Origin: Desulfatiglandales bacterium
Lineage (GTDB): Bacteria; Desulfobacterota; DSM-4660; Desulfatiglandales; Desulfatiglandaceae
NCBI GenBank assembly: GCA_963666345.1
Contig: OY762721.1
Coordinates: forward strand, 1,344,001 to 1,408,000
Reading direction: 5' to 3'
Length of the DNA stretch: 64,000 bases
The notes under the pieces were generated by a model. It worked only from the letters and a program-made list of their open reading frames with translations. It had not been told where the DNA came from and ran no database searches. This document shows positions 39,379 through 50,241 of the stretch, piece by piece. The number at the start of each line of letters is the position of its first letter. Positions within the stretch are counted from its first letter, which is position 1. The position numbers and the translations under genes are program-made.

Positions 39379-41244
39379 TTATCCTGCAGGCTTGTCTGAA
39401 ACACCCACATCGTTGATACGTGCCAATCGGGCTGAATTGAGCACAACCAAGACGGAACTGATATGATGAAAAAGCGCGGCAAGCCATGGACTGAGCATAC
39501 CTGAGGTAGCCAGGGCGATACCTGCCGCATTGAAACCTATGGCCCAGGCGTAATTCTGTTTTATTACGTGAATCAATTTCCTGCCCGTTCGGATAATGGT
39601 CAACAGGCTTGAGGTATCGTCCCTGAGCACGATGATGTCGGATGATTTAATGGCCAGATCAGCCTTGGAGCGACCGATCGAAATCCCCACATCCGCTGAG
39701 GCCAACGAGGTTGCATCGTTGACCCCGTCGCCAACCATCACAGTAACTCCTTTAGATCTCAGCTCTTTCACGACGGAGATCTTGTCCTTCGGCCTCAAAC
39801 CCCAGTGGTACCCATCCGCTCCGATAAGCTCGGCCACGCGCCGCGCTTCGGCCTCCTCGTTATCTCCGGTCGCCAGCTCGACCCTTTTTACCCCTAAGCC
39901 ATGAAGCGACCGTCCAAGGCCTCGGGCATATTCTCTAAGCTCGTCCTGGATTACGATAGCCCCCACAACTTTGCCGTCAAGGCCGATCCATGTGGCCCGT
40001 CCGTTGAGCTCAATGTCCGCAGGCACGGTCATGCCCTGCGCCTTCACGGTTTCGGTCGATCCCAAAACCACCTCGCGTTCTCCCACAGAGGACTTTATTC
40101 CAAGGCCCGGAAGGTATTCGGAGCCCTCCGCCTTCAAAGGGCACACACCTTTGGCTGATGCGTAAGATACGATTGCGTTGGCAATGGGATGGTTGAATCC
40201 CGCTTCAACTGATGCGGCGATCTGAAGTAGTTCATCGCGAGTAGCCCCGAACGTCTCGATACCCACCACCTTAGGCTCGGCTAATGTGACCGTACCCGTC
40301 TTATCGAGCACAACATTAGATGCCCTGCCAGCCACCTCCAGGGGCGTCCCGCCGCGTACCAGGATGCCGCGACCGCTCAACCCCCCGATTGCCGCGGCAA
40401 AGGCCGTGGGTACTGACAACGCCCACGCGCACGGACATGCCACCGCAGTCACGGCGGCCATACGAATAAGGCCTGTGGCAAAATCGCCTTCAAGCCCACC
40501 GGCAAAGAGAAACACGCCGAATGCGTAAAGGACCACGCCGGAAATGAAAAGTTGAACAATTATGTCAGCTGTCCGGTGAATTTTAGGTTTCACTTTCAGG
40601 GATTTTTCAATTTCCTTGGCCATAACATAGAGGAATCCCTTGTCGCCCTCTTTGGAAGCCCGGATCTTCAACTGCGAGCTAATGCTGATGGCCCCCGATG
40701 TTACGGAATCGCCAACCCTTTTGAACACAGAGAAGGGTTCACCCGTTATCACAGATTCGTCAATGGAAGAAGCCCCTTCCACAATCTCCCCGTCCACAGG
40801 TATCATTTCGCCCTGGGGCACAATGGCTGTATCTCCAACGCAAATCTGCTCAATGGGTAGCTTCATGATTTTTCCGTTTCTTATAACCCGGACAACCGTA
40901 CCTTTCTCTTTTGTAAGGGCATCGATTTTCCGCTTGGTCCTTTCTATAATGGTAAAGGAAATGGCAAGGCCCATGCTGATAAACCACGCCACCAGCGCGC
41001 CACTCATCGGTTGCCCGGCCAGAAACGAAACCACCATGACCGTTACGACCAACAGATCAGCCGTAACCCTTTTTGTTTGGGTCAGCGCAATGAATAAGGT
41101 CCTCATGTACATAGCGAAACAGATAAAATAAAAAATCAGGCCAAGCCACATGGCCGGGTCAAAGGCCGACCATTTATGGATGGCTAGGCATATGACGGCG
41201 GTCAAAGCCACCGATGTTCGAATTATGAACGTTTTTGCAGACAT
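39379..41244 (-). CDS. Heavy-metal P1B-type ATPase lacking N-terminal metal-binding domain
   Basis: TGE, ACPC, DKTGT, HP, GDGVND. Confidence 0.93.
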   Translation of the reverse strand: MSAKTFIIRTSVALTAVICLAIHKWSAFDPAMWLGLIFYFICFAMYMRTLFIALTQTKRVTADLLVVTVMVVSFLAGQPMSGALVAWFISMGLAISFTIIERTKRKIDALTKEKGTVVRVIRNGKIMKLPIEQICVGDTAIVPQGEMIPVDGEIVEGASSIDESVITGEPFSVFKRVGDSVTSGAISISSQLKIRASKEGDKGFLYVMAKEIEKSLKVKPKIHRTADIIVQLFISGVVLYAFGVFLFAGGLEGDFATGLIRMAAVTAVACPCAWALSVPTAFAAAIGGLSGRGILVRGGTPLEVAGRASNVVLDKTGTVTLAEPKVVGIETFGATRDELLQIAASVEAGFNHPIANAIVSYASAKGVCPLKAEGSEYLPGLGIKSSVGEREVVLGSTETVKAQGMTVPADIELNGRATWIGLDGKVVGAIVIQDELREYARGLGRSLHGLGVKRVELATGDNEEAEARRVAELIGADGYHWGLRPKDKISVVKELRSKGVTVMVGDGVNDATSLASADVGISIGRSKADLAIKSSDIIVLRDDTSSLLTIIRTGRKLIHVIKQNYAWAIGFNAAGIALATSGMLSPWLAALFHHISSVLVVLNSARLARINDVGVSDKPAG

Positions 41245-41437
41245 CTATCCACTCCGTTTCATCTCTTTTATTTCATCATAGAAAAACCGGCACCATGAGA
41301 CTGGTTTGAAGAAAAACGGCTCTGCCATGATGGATCGAGTAAGTGGCTGGAAATGCCGACTCGCTTAGCTCGGTCATCTCAAAAAATACCAAAATGCCTT
41401 TGTCACAGATATAGTGACCGCCGACCAACACGGCAAC

Positions 41438-41527
41438 AAAAAAGGCGCAAGAGTCTTTGTTTTTCAACAAATCCCATTGCACCTTCACTTCTTTACGCAC
41501 CGTGAGTCAGCCGAAAGCCGTAAGGAA
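41438..41527 (-). ncRNA. Candidate attenuator RNA, copy C (ATPase leader)
   Basis: CCUUACGG-[CUUU..AAAG stem]-AAGUGAAGGUGCAA...UUGCGCC-U6. Confidence 0.7.
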
Positions 41528-41716
41528 CTAAACATAAAGCTAGTTTACTTTAATATTGTGGCCCATTTTTATACCAAAATCGATCTGGTGTCAAGACCCA
41601 TCCAGAAAAATCCATCAACAAGACATATGGTTTATCGCCTGAACAGCTCTGATCACTGCGCATAAGATATGATTCGTTTCTCAGCCAAAGCCGCATCTAC
41701 TTTTTTATTTTTTTTG

Positions 41717-41791
41717 TTGACATTATAATTAAGAAGCTTTACTGTTTTATTGCATTAGTTAGCATCTCAAAACATCCTTAGTGATATCTAA
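41717..41791 (+). promoter_or_regulatory. sigma70 promoter with MarR-type operator and DtxR/Sir-like boxes
   Basis: TTGACA-17-TACTGT; TTAAGAAGCTTTA in the spacer; TTAGTGATATCTAA at 41778. Confidence 0.65.
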
Positions 41792-41919
41792 TTAATTCTA
41801 ATTGGCAATATAATATTAATGATAACAAGGTTACATTTCAGACTGGCAAGATAATTGAGGAATGCTTTTTCCTATAGCGTTAATTAAGTAGGTTAACTTA
41901 TAATCAAAGGAGCTTTTTC

Positions 41920-44900
41920 ATGTACATCATTGGACTCGATATCGGATATTCTTCTGCAAAAATGGTGCTGATTGATGAGCATGCACGGATAAGTTATTCA
42001 AATTATAGGCTTCATAAAGGCGACGCAGCAGGCGTAATCAGGCAATTTTTAGATGAGGCATCAAAGTCTTATCCCTTGTCTCAAATAGGGTATGGCGCCA
42101 TAACCGGCACCTGTGCCAGAATTTTGGGCAAATCAAAGGAAATCAACATAGTCAATGAGGTTGCAGCCCTTGTGGAGGGTGCCTTGGCAAGCCGGACAGG
42201 GGCACGCTCCATAATTGAAATAGGAGGTCAAAGCGCCAAATACATCACAGGCCTTAATTCTGATGACCGGTCCAGGATCAAGATCGCAATGAATTCGAAT
42301 TGCTCCTCAGGTACAGGATCATTTCTGGAGGAGCAGGTATCGCGCCTCAATCTGAGGCTTGAAGACTATTCCAGATATGCTGCAAGGGCCCGGACAATAC
42401 CCAGGATTGCCGGCCGTTGCAGCGTGTTTGCCAAAACTGATATCACCCATCACCAGCAGGAGGGGGTACCGGTTGAGGACATACTGCTGGGGCTCGCCTA
42501 TTCAGTTGTCAGGAACTACAGGGTGTCAGTCATGAGGAAACTTTCAATGGAAAAGCCGATCCTGCTTGCAGGCGGGGTTGCCCACAACAATGGAATACGC
42601 GCTGCCCTAAGAGATGTCCTTGATCTTGACAACGGGAAACTGATCATCCCCGAGCATATGGACTGCATTGCTGCGCTTGGCGCAGCAATGATAGCCCGGA
42701 ATGATATGCTTCACATTGACCTTGAACAGCTGGGCTCCAGGCTGAATCGGTCAAAAGGAACAATCGATATAACAGAAGACGGGACCACCCTGCCGCCCTT
42801 ATCTCTTTTCGGAAGCAATGACAGTTCGGGCAGACATAGAATCGTTGATACACAGACACGCTCCCTGGATTGCTATCTCGGGGTGGATGTGGGCTCAACA
42901 AGTACGAACCTTGTAGCCTCAGATAGGCAGGACCGGATCATCGGATTTCGCTATCTGAGAACGCATGGTAATCCTTTAGAGGCGGTCCGCAGCGGACTGA
43001 AATCTCTGGAAGATCAATTCAAGGGAAAGCTCAAAGTCCTTGGTGCATGCACCACCGGTTCAGGTCGCTATATGACGGCGAGGCTCATAGGAGCTGATCT
43101 GATAAAGGATGAAATCACTGCCCAGGCAAGGGCGGCCGTAACCATAGATCCTGATGTGGATACCATCTTTGAAATCGGGGGGCAAGATTCAAAGTATATA
43201 TCGATCAAAGACAGGGTGGTGACGGACTTTCAGATGAACAAAATCTGTGCTGCCGGCACCGGCTCATTTATAGAGGAGCAGGCAAAAAAATTCAATATCC
43301 CTCTAAACGAGATTGGGAGAAAGGCCCTGGTCGGTTTCCATCCGGTCAACCTGGGTGAACGGTGCACCGTGTTCATAGAATCAAGCATTGCGGCTCATCT
43401 GGCTAGTGGAGCGAAAATGGAGGATATCACGGCAGGACTCTGCTATTCCATTGTCAAGAACTACCTTAACCGGGTAGTCGGCCAAAAAAAAGTCGGGGAA
43501 AAGGTCCTTTTTCAGGGAGGAGTCGCCTACAACCAGGGAGTGGTGAACGCTTTCCGATGCCTTACAGGGAAAGAGATTCTCGTCCCACCCTTTTTTAGTG
43601 TCACAGGGGCATACGGAGCGGCTATCCTTGCCAGAGAATCAATGAAAGAAAGTGAAACAACCTTCAAAGGATTTCACCTGGAATCAAATGAGATCTTTTT
43701 ACAGAACGACAAGAGGCGAAAGGCAAAAAAGAAACGGGTTTCGAGATTCAACAGATCAGTTGAAGAGCTTATTTTTGAAGGATATACCAAAGAGCTTGAT
43801 CCGCGGAAAAAGACCGTGGGTATTCCAAGGGCGCTTTTTACTTATGGCATGTTCAGCATGTTTTACCGGATTTTCTCAGAACTTGGATTCAACGTGCTTT
43901 TATCCGACCCTACCAGCGAAAGGACCATCAGCCTGGGCCAGGAATACTCCCTGGAAGAGGCCTGCTATCCGGTCAAGCTTATAAACGGACATGTGGCCGA
44001 ACTGATCGATAAAAAGGTCGATTTCATCTTCTTCCCAGACCTTTATACTGTGGATCACCCCGGCTCACCCTCAAGGCAGAACTATGGGTGCGCGTATATG
44101 CAGCTTGCATTTAAGGTGGTAAATCAGGCCATGGACCTCGAAAGCAAAGGCATACAACTGCTCTCCCCTACCATTGCCTTCAGCCTGGGTAAGGAATTTA
44201 TGATGAACAGTTTCGCAGAACTTGGACGCCAGCTGGACAAAACCCCTCAGGAAACGATCCTTGCGCTGCAAAAAGGGGTAAAGGCGTTCCATGATTTCGA
44301 GGCAAGGATTGAAAGAGAGGGGAAAGAGGCCCTCAGGAAACTGGAGCCTAACAGTAAGGCCTTCGTTCTCATATCAAAGATCTACGGCATAGCCGACCCG
44401 GTATTGAACATGGGCATTCCGGACAAGCTGATGGATATGGGGTATCAGGTATTGCCCTTTTATTTTTTGCCTGAAGGGGACCTGTCAAAAGAACATCCCA
44501 ACATGTACTGGCCCTTTGGACAGCATATACTTGAGCCTGCGCAACTCGTGAGGGAGCATCCCAATCTCTATGCGATTCTGCTTACACACCACGGCTGCGG
44601 ACCTGATTCGGTCATGGCCCACTTTTTCAGAGAAGAGATGCAGGGAAAACCATATCTTCACATCGAGGTCGACGAACACTCCTCCGGGGTCGGAATCATC
44701 ACGCGGGTGGAGGCATTTGTAAACAGCCTGGACAATCTTGCCACAAAGACAGCCGAAGATGTAAATGTATATCTGAATAAAGTTTCCCACAAGGATGAAA
44801 ATATCAAAGAAAAATGTCTCAAGCCAAAACAAGCCACCACAATTTATCTTCCCTGCATCCACCCCTATTCGCAAATCGCCAAAGAACTCTTGGTCTCAAA

Positions 44901-45903
44901 AGGCATTGCAGCTGATGTACTGCCTCAGACCAGCCTGGACACGATCGACATTGGTAGAAAATTTACCATGGCCGAGGAGTATTTTTCACTCACCGCACTT
45001 ATAGGGGATATCTTGAGCAAATGCACCTTTGAGGGTAACGGGCAGTATGCCTTTTTTATCCCGAAAACGGAAGGGGCTGAGGTGGAAGGACAGTACAGCC
45101 GGATGCTCCGGATGAAACTTGATGAAGAAGGCTATTCCCATGTTGACATTATTTCTCCTTTTATGGAAGACCTTCTGGACAAAGAGGATGAAGGAGGACA
45201 TTCTCTGTTTATGTGCCTTATTGCTGGAGATATCATCCTTGCAGCACCGGCAGAAAAGCGTGATAAATATCTCCATCGCATATATGAACTTGCAAGGAAT
45301 CACAGCCTCAGGATAGATGAGCTTAAACTCATAGCAAAGGAAATACGCGGGGAGGTGCAAAAACGCCAATGGACAAAACAGATCCTTGCCATTGGCGAAC
45401 CATTGGTACTTTACAATGACTTTATGAATAATTTTACCTTTAAAGAAATTGAAAACAAGGGATATCGTGTTATCTACGCCCCTTTCAGTGAGGCCATGTG
45501 GCTGTTCTGGCGAGACCATGTTTATCAAAACGGCAGAGATGAAATGCGCTTGAACATATTGAGCAGACTCAGTGACGTCATTAAGGTAATTTCAAAATGC
45601 CTTGGTATGGAGGGACCGTTTGAAAGGGGTCCGGAGTCTCTCGCTAGCATTGCGGACGACAACGTCGGTTACTATGCCGGTGCATTCGGCCGATACAGGG
45701 GTTCCAAGATCCTGGGAGAACTCCGACTCGTGGACGGCATCATCACTGTCACATCCACATATGAGAACACGGGCATTTCGCTCAACATTCTGCAGAAAGG
45801 CCTTACAGGGAAAAGCCTGAAACCGATCCTCAACCTTGCATTTGATGGAAACCGCAATGAAAACGATGTTACCAAGCGCGAATCCTTTATCTATTATCTT
45901 TAG
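41920..45903 (+). CDS. Acyl-CoA dehydratase activase-like protein (two ASKHA/BcrAD ATPase domains plus DUF2229-type region)
   Basis: GLDIG/GVDVGSTST, EIGGQ twice, MN..C..GTGSF twice, RC.VF twice, GCGPD. Confidence 0.9.
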   Translation: MYIIGLDIGYSSAKMVLIDEHARISYSNYRLHKGDAAGVIRQFLDEASKSYPLSQIGYGAITGTCARILGKSKEINIVNEVAALVEGALASRTGARSIIEIGGQSAKYITGLNSDDRSRIKIAMNSNCSSGTGSFLEEQVSRLNLRLEDYSRYAARARTIPRIAGRCSVFAKTDITHHQQEGVPVEDILLGLAYSVVRNYRVSVMRKLSMEKPILLAGGVAHNNGIRAALRDVLDLDNGKLIIPEHMDCIAALGAAMIARNDMLHIDLEQLGSRLNRSKGTIDITEDGTTLPPLSLFGSNDSSGRHRIVDTQTRSLDCYLGVDVGSTSTNLVASDRQDRIIGFRYLRTHGNPLEAVRSGLKSLEDQFKGKLKVLGACTTGSGRYMTARLIGADLIKDEITAQARAAVTIDPDVDTIFEIGGQDSKYISIKDRVVTDFQMNKICAAGTGSFIEEQAKKFNIPLNEIGRKALVGFHPVNLGERCTVFIESSIAAHLASGAKMEDITAGLCYSIVKNYLNRVVGQKKVGEKVLFQGGVAYNQGVVNAFRCLTGKEILVPPFFSVTGAYGAAILARESMKESETTFKGFHLESNEIFLQNDKRRKAKKKRVSRFNRSVEELIFEGYTKELDPRKKTVGIPRALFTYGMFSMFYRIFSELGFNVLLSDPTSERTISLGQEYSLEEACYPVKLINGHVAELIDKKVDFIFFPDLYTVDHPGSPSRQNYGCAYMQLAFKVVNQAMDLESKGIQLLSPTIAFSLGKEFMMNSFAELGRQLDKTPQETILALQKGVKAFHDFEARIEREGKEALRKLEPNSKAFVLISKIYGIADPVLNMGIPDKLMDMGYQVLPFYFLPEGDLSKEHPNMYWPFGQHILEPAQLVREHPNLYAILLTHHGCGPDSVMAHFFREEMQGKPYLHIEVDEHSSGVGIITRVEAFVNSLDNLATKTAEDVNVYLNKVSHKDENIKEKCLKPKQATTIYLPCIHPYSQIAKELLVSKGIAADVLPQTSLDTIDIGRKFTMAEEYFSLTALIGDILSKCTFEGNGQYAFFIPKTEGAEVEGQYSRMLRMKLDEEGYSHVDIISPFMEDLLDKEDEGGHSLFMCLIAGDIILAAPAEKRDKYLHRIYELARNHSLRIDELKLIAKEIRGEVQKRQWTKQILAIGEPLVLYNDFMNNFTFKEIENKGYRVIYAPFSEAMWLFWRDHVYQNGRDEMRLNILSRLSDVIKVISKCLGMEGPFERGPESLASIADDNVGYYAGAFGRYRGSKILGELRLVDGIITVTSTYENTGISLNILQKGLTGKSLKPILNLAFDGNRNENDVTKRESFIYYL

Positions 45904-45919
45904 ATGTTTAAGATTGATC

Positions 45920-45948
45920 TTGACATAATATTTAAGCGGCTTTACCAT
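45920..45948 (+). promoter_or_regulatory. marR promoter with operator
   Basis: TTGACA-17-TACCAT with TTAAGCGGCTTTA inside. Confidence 0.7.
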
Positions 45949-45956
45949 ACTTCTGT

Positions 45957-46424
45957 ATGGAAAACAAAGAAGACCTTATAGAATCCATCCTGCGCCGGCT
46001 GATGAGGATAATCAACAAACAGAGGCGCATTGAGGAAATGCCGGTACGCATTGATAAGGACATTGAGGTGACTCCGACAGAGAGCCATACTGTTCAGACC
46101 ATCGGAGAGCGTAAATCAGTGAATGTTACTGATCTGGCTGCCCATTTCGGAGTCACCAAGAGTGCGGCATCACAAATAGTAACCAAACTTGCAAAAAAAG
46201 GTTTTGTTAAAAAAAGCGTGTCTGACCGCAGCGGTAAAGAATTACAATTGACTCTTACAGAGCTGGGTCGGCGCGCGTTCGAAGCGCACGAAAGATGTCA
46301 CGGACGGCATCTGGCTGACATTGTAACCCGTCTGGGTTCCTTTTCACTCTCGCAGATCGCAATTGCGGACGTCATGCTGGACGTTGTAGAAGACGTGATA
46401 AATGAGCGCCTTAAGAAGAAGTGA
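45957..46424 (+). CDS. MarR family regulator
   Basis: wHTH VTDLAAHFGVTKSAASQIVTKL.KKG...LTELG. Confidence 0.9.
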   Translation: MENKEDLIESILRRLMRIINKQRRIEEMPVRIDKDIEVTPTESHTVQTIGERKSVNVTDLAAHFGVTKSAASQIVTKLAKKGFVKKSVSDRSGKELQLTLTELGRRAFEAHERCHGRHLADIVTRLGSFSLSQIAIADVMLDVVEDVINERLKKK

Positions 46425-46512
46425 TATTTTTTTGGCCATATAGTTAAGTAGCTTAATCACTGGCAGGTTAATTTATTAACGAAGCAGCCCCAGGGTGGGA
46501 GGAGTTAAGATC

Positions 46513-47289
46513 TTGATCTCAATAACGAGCCTTCACGTAAACATCATGGGCAAAAAGATCCTTCGCGGCGTAGATCTTGAGATCCCTGACGGAGAAATTC
46601 ACGCCCTGTTAGGGCCGAACGGTTCCGGCAAAAGCGTCATGATGATGACCATTATGGGCTATCCTGAGTATGAAGTCTTAAGCGGGAGCATTGTCTTTAA
46701 CGGCAGGAATATCACCCGTCTGCCCATAGATGAAAGGGCTAGGCTGGGAATCGGGATATCAGAACAACATCCCCCGGAAATAAAAGAAGTCAAGCTCAGA
46801 AACCTGATAAATAGCATGCCCCTGGCTAATGATCTGAAGGACAAGCGCAATATCAGGCTTGGTTCCACGATTAGAATAGGCCGGTTCCTTGACCGGGGCA
46901 TAAACCATGGGCTCTCAGGAGGTGAAAGCAAACAGGCTGAGCTGTTCCTCCTGCTGCTTTCAAATCCTAACCTGCTGCTTCTGGATGAGCCTGATTCAGG
47001 AGTGGATCCAGAGCAGCTGAAGCTGGTCGGAGGGATGATCAATTCATCACTTCGCAATACGCCGGGGGCTGCCCCCCCGGGAAAGGGAAAGGCACACCGA
47101 AATGGAAGTCCAAAGGCGGCCCTGATATCAACGCATTCGGCCGCTATACTTGAATATCTGAAAGTGGACAAGGCACACCTGATGATGAACGGAAAAATAA
47201 AGTGCAGCGGCGAACCCTTACTTATGATGACTCATATAGTTAATCAGGGCTACGACCACTGCATCAGTTGTCTGGCACCGCTTAAATAA
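46513..47289 (+). CDS. sufC: SufC-like ABC ATPase
   Basis: GPNGSGKS, ERARLG, LSGGE, LDEPDSG; TTG start after GGAGGAG. Confidence 0.85.
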   Translation: MISITSLHVNIMGKKILRGVDLEIPDGEIHALLGPNGSGKSVMMMTIMGYPEYEVLSGSIVFNGRNITRLPIDERARLGIGISEQHPPEIKEVKLRNLINSMPLANDLKDKRNIRLGSTIRIGRFLDRGINHGLSGGESKQAELFLLLLSNPNLLLLDEPDSGVDPEQLKLVGGMINSSLRNTPGAAPPGKGKAHRNGSPKAALISTHSAAILEYLKVDKAHLMMNGKIKCSGEPLLMMTHIVNQGYDHCISCLAPLK

Positions 47290-47329
47290 CAGCTATGAGG
47301 CACGGGACCCATTAAAAGAGTTTAACGAA

Positions 47330-48499
47330 ATGAATCAGATAGACTTTGAAGAATACCGGTTTTCATTATGGCAGGAGGAAAGGGGAACCATGCTGTCCTC
47401 CATTGATCGATTTGGCAACAAGGAGAGAGCCGCCCTGAGGTCGGTCGGCGTGGATTTTAACAGGATAAGAGATGCTGGAGGCTTTCTGCAACATGATCAC
47501 GATTTTCTAACACTGCCTCCTAAGGTCCCGGGAATCGAGATCCTGCCTGTGGAAACAGCCCTCAGCCGATATCCCGAAATAGGGAAAAAATTCTGTTTCA
47601 AGGCGATTAGCCCTGATGAGGACAGATATACAAAGGCTGTTTCCGGCACATTACCACACGGCTACTTCATCCGCGTCAAAGAGGGGGTCAGGATTGAAAG
47701 GCCTGTCATGGCCGGGCTTTTAATGCCTAAGGAAAGATGCTCCATGAGCCTTCATAACATAGTGGTGCTGGAGCAGGGAGCGGGCCTTAACCTTGTGACA
47801 GGCTGCACCTCCTGCGGGGAGGTAAACTCCGGTCTGCATGTTTCGGTAAGCGAGCACTTTGTAGGAGAAAACGCAAGCCTTGTGAATACGACGATCCACT
47901 GCTGGGGGCCGGAGTTCATAGTCAGACCCAAATCCGCAACCGTTGTGGCTGACAAAGGAAATTACATGGAAAACTACTACTGCCTCCAACCGCCGATGGA
48001 TCTGGATATGAGCCCTGTCACCCATCTGAGTGGGGAAAGGGCCTCTGCCCGATTCATGGCCGCGGCCGTGTGCCTGCCTGGGACCCGTTGTGACATCGGC
48101 GGAACGGTATATCTCACTGGGGTAGGCTCAAGCGCCGAACTGGTGGCAAGGTCGGTAAACCATGGCGGTGATTTGATTCAGAAGGGCCTGCTCGTGGGCG
48201 CAGCAAAAGGGTGCAAGGCCCATGTGGATTGCTCCGGTTTGATGCTCAACCATAAGGGCAGCATAGAAGCGGTTCCAGGTCTAAAATCCATGCACCCGGA
48301 TGCCAGGATGTCGCACGAAGCGGCCATAGGAAGAATCGATACAGGCGCCCTGAATTACCTACGATCAAAAGGGTTGACGGAGGCAGAGGCAATTTCTCTG
48401 ATAGTCAGGGGTTTTTTGGATATCAGCCCTGAAATCGAACGGCTTTCTCCGCAATTGGAAAGAAGCATTAAGAAGATAGCATCATTTTCAGGGCATTGA
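47330..48499 (+). CDS. sufB: SufB/SufD family Fe-S assembly protein
   Basis: GYFIRV, TGC, AHVDC.GL, SHEAAIG, YL.S.G, IVRGFL. Confidence 0.85.
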   Translation: MNQIDFEEYRFSLWQEERGTMLSSIDRFGNKERAALRSVGVDFNRIRDAGGFLQHDHDFLTLPPKVPGIEILPVETALSRYPEIGKKFCFKAISPDEDRYTKAVSGTLPHGYFIRVKEGVRIERPVMAGLLMPKERCSMSLHNIVVLEQGAGLNLVTGCTSCGEVNSGLHVSVSEHFVGENASLVNTTIHCWGPEFIVRPKSATVVADKGNYMENYYCLQPPMDLDMSPVTHLSGERASARFMAAAVCLPGTRCDIGGTVYLTGVGSSAELVARSVNHGGDLIQKGLLVGAAKGCKAHVDCSGLMLNHKGSIEAVPGLKSMHPDARMSHEAAIGRIDTGALNYLRSKGLTEAEAISLIVRGFLDISPEIERLSPQLERSIKKIASFSGH

Positions 48500-48581
48500 A
48501 GGCCGGTTGCCTGACAAAAACATGCTGACGCAGAAGCGGGATAGCAGTTAAGAAACACATATGAACTAAAGGAGGAGACAG

Positions 48582-49388
48582 ATGAAACTGGCGGTTTGTG
48601 GCAAAGGTGGCAGCGGGAAAAGCACTGTGGCGGCCCTGCTTGCAAAGGAATTTCAACGCAGGTCCAATCAGATTATCGTAATCGACTCGGACGAATCAAA
48701 TTCGGGGCTTCACTGGATGCTTGGGATCGAAAAATTACCCCTTCCACTCATGGAATTGGTTGGAGGGAAAAGAAAAATACAGGATAAGATGACCGTGGGC
48801 TTTTCAATTGAGGGAGGCGAGGAAGCCCTGTCCATATGGAAGGCTGGCACAATTTCCGTGGCTGATATTCCATCGGCACATGTGGCTGGAAACGATGCCT
48901 GTAGGCTCGTGGTAACAGGCAAGATCGACAGGACCTTCGAGGGTTGTGCCTGCCCCATGGGAGTTGTAACCCGTGAATTTCTCAAGAAGCTTAAAGTCGA
49001 TTACAACCAGATCGCCATTGTGGACATGGAGGCGGGAGTAGAACATTTCGGTCGAGGTATAGAGACCAGCTTGGATGCGGTTTTCGTTGTGGTTGAGCCG
49101 TCACTCGAATCACTTTCGCTTGCGCAAAAGATAAAAGAATTGACTCACTGGGCCGGGGCCCATTTTGCAGGTGCGGTTATAAATAAAGTCATGACGGAAA
49201 GCACCCTGGCCCGCATATCGGATGAATTAAAGAATCGGGAAATACGGTCTCTGGGCTGTCTGAGATATAACAACACGATTTTGAATGACGGACTATTCGG
49301 CAGGCCTGTTGATTTGGACGAAAAATCAGATGAAGTGGTCCTCATCGCAGACAATATCCTGGATGCGATTATAAAAAGAGGGCTCTGA
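48582..49388 (+). CDS. cooC: CooC/AcsF-like nickel-insertion ATPase
   Basis: GKGGSGKST, GCACP, DMEAGVEHFGRG. Confidence 0.85.
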   Translation: MKLAVCGKGGSGKSTVAALLAKEFQRRSNQIIVIDSDESNSGLHWMLGIEKLPLPLMELVGGKRKIQDKMTVGFSIEGGEEALSIWKAGTISVADIPSAHVAGNDACRLVVTGKIDRTFEGCACPMGVVTREFLKKLKVDYNQIAIVDMEAGVEHFGRGIETSLDAVFVVVEPSLESLSLAQKIKELTHWAGAHFAGAVINKVMTESTLARISDELKNREIRSLGCLRYNNTILNDGLFGRPVDLDEKSDEVVLIADNILDAIIKRGL

Positions 49389-49475
49389 TATTGAAACCAC
49401 TTACCATGCCAGCCCAAGATCAAAAAGGGTGATTCAGGACATGGGTAAAAGCTGAAAACCAGAAAGGATATTGAC

Positions 49476-50213
49476 ATGGCACCGGAACAATTCGAGCAAT
49501 TCAAACAAAACCCCAGGCATCTTTTTATCAAAGCGGTGGAAAAGAAGGACATGGAAACCTGCCTAGTCAAAGCAGCGGAATTCCACGGCCATTTTTGTCC
49601 GGGCGTGGCATTGGGAGTCATGGCATCGGTGTGCGGACTCTGGGAGCTCGATGTCGCCTCTGTTTTCTTCGACGGAATAATGGAGGATCTTATGGCTGTA
49701 GTAGAAGTCAATGCATGTTTCGCTGACGGAGTCCAGGCCGTTACCGGGTGTACCTTTGGAAACAACGCACTGGTCTATCGCGATCTGGGTCGCATTGCAG
49801 TAACATTTGCTCAGAGGGGACGCAAAAACGGAGTTCGTATAAGAGCCGTTCCAGATTACCGCGACCATGTAAACAAGGCGGCCCCTCAATTTTACAAACT
49901 CATGGAAAAGGTTATTATTAAAAGAAAAGGAAGCGCAGACGATATCATCGCTTTTCGCCTGGAAGCCAGAAAGGCGGCCTTTTGCCTTGTCAAACAACCT
50001 TTTGAGAAGATTCTGATCACTGAGAAGGTAAAACCTATTCTCCCGAAACAGGCGCCGGTCAAACCGAGCATCGTGTGCCCTGAATGCGGGGAGGAGATCA
50101 TGGGGAGCAAAATAGTTCAGGCAGGAAAACATAAAGGCCTATGTTTCACCTGCAGCAGACACCCATATCTTGAAGTGGAAGGACAGGGCATAGTCCAAAG
50201 GAACGGAATCTAA
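49476..50213 (+). CDS. FmdE family protein with C-terminal zinc finger
   Basis: FHGHFCPG, CFADGVQ..TGCT.GN, CPECGE...CFTC. Confidence 0.9.
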   Translation: MAPEQFEQFKQNPRHLFIKAVEKKDMETCLVKAAEFHGHFCPGVALGVMASVCGLWELDVASVFFDGIMEDLMAVVEVNACFADGVQAVTGCTFGNNALVYRDLGRIAVTFAQRGRKNGVRIRAVPDYRDHVNKAAPQFYKLMEKVIIKRKGSADDIIAFRLEARKAAFCLVKQPFEKILITEKVKPILPKQAPVKPSIVCPECGEEIMGSKIVQAGKHKGLCFTCSRHPYLEVEGQGIVQRNGI

Positions 50214-50241
50214 GATCTGATACGTAAAATGGATAAGGCGC

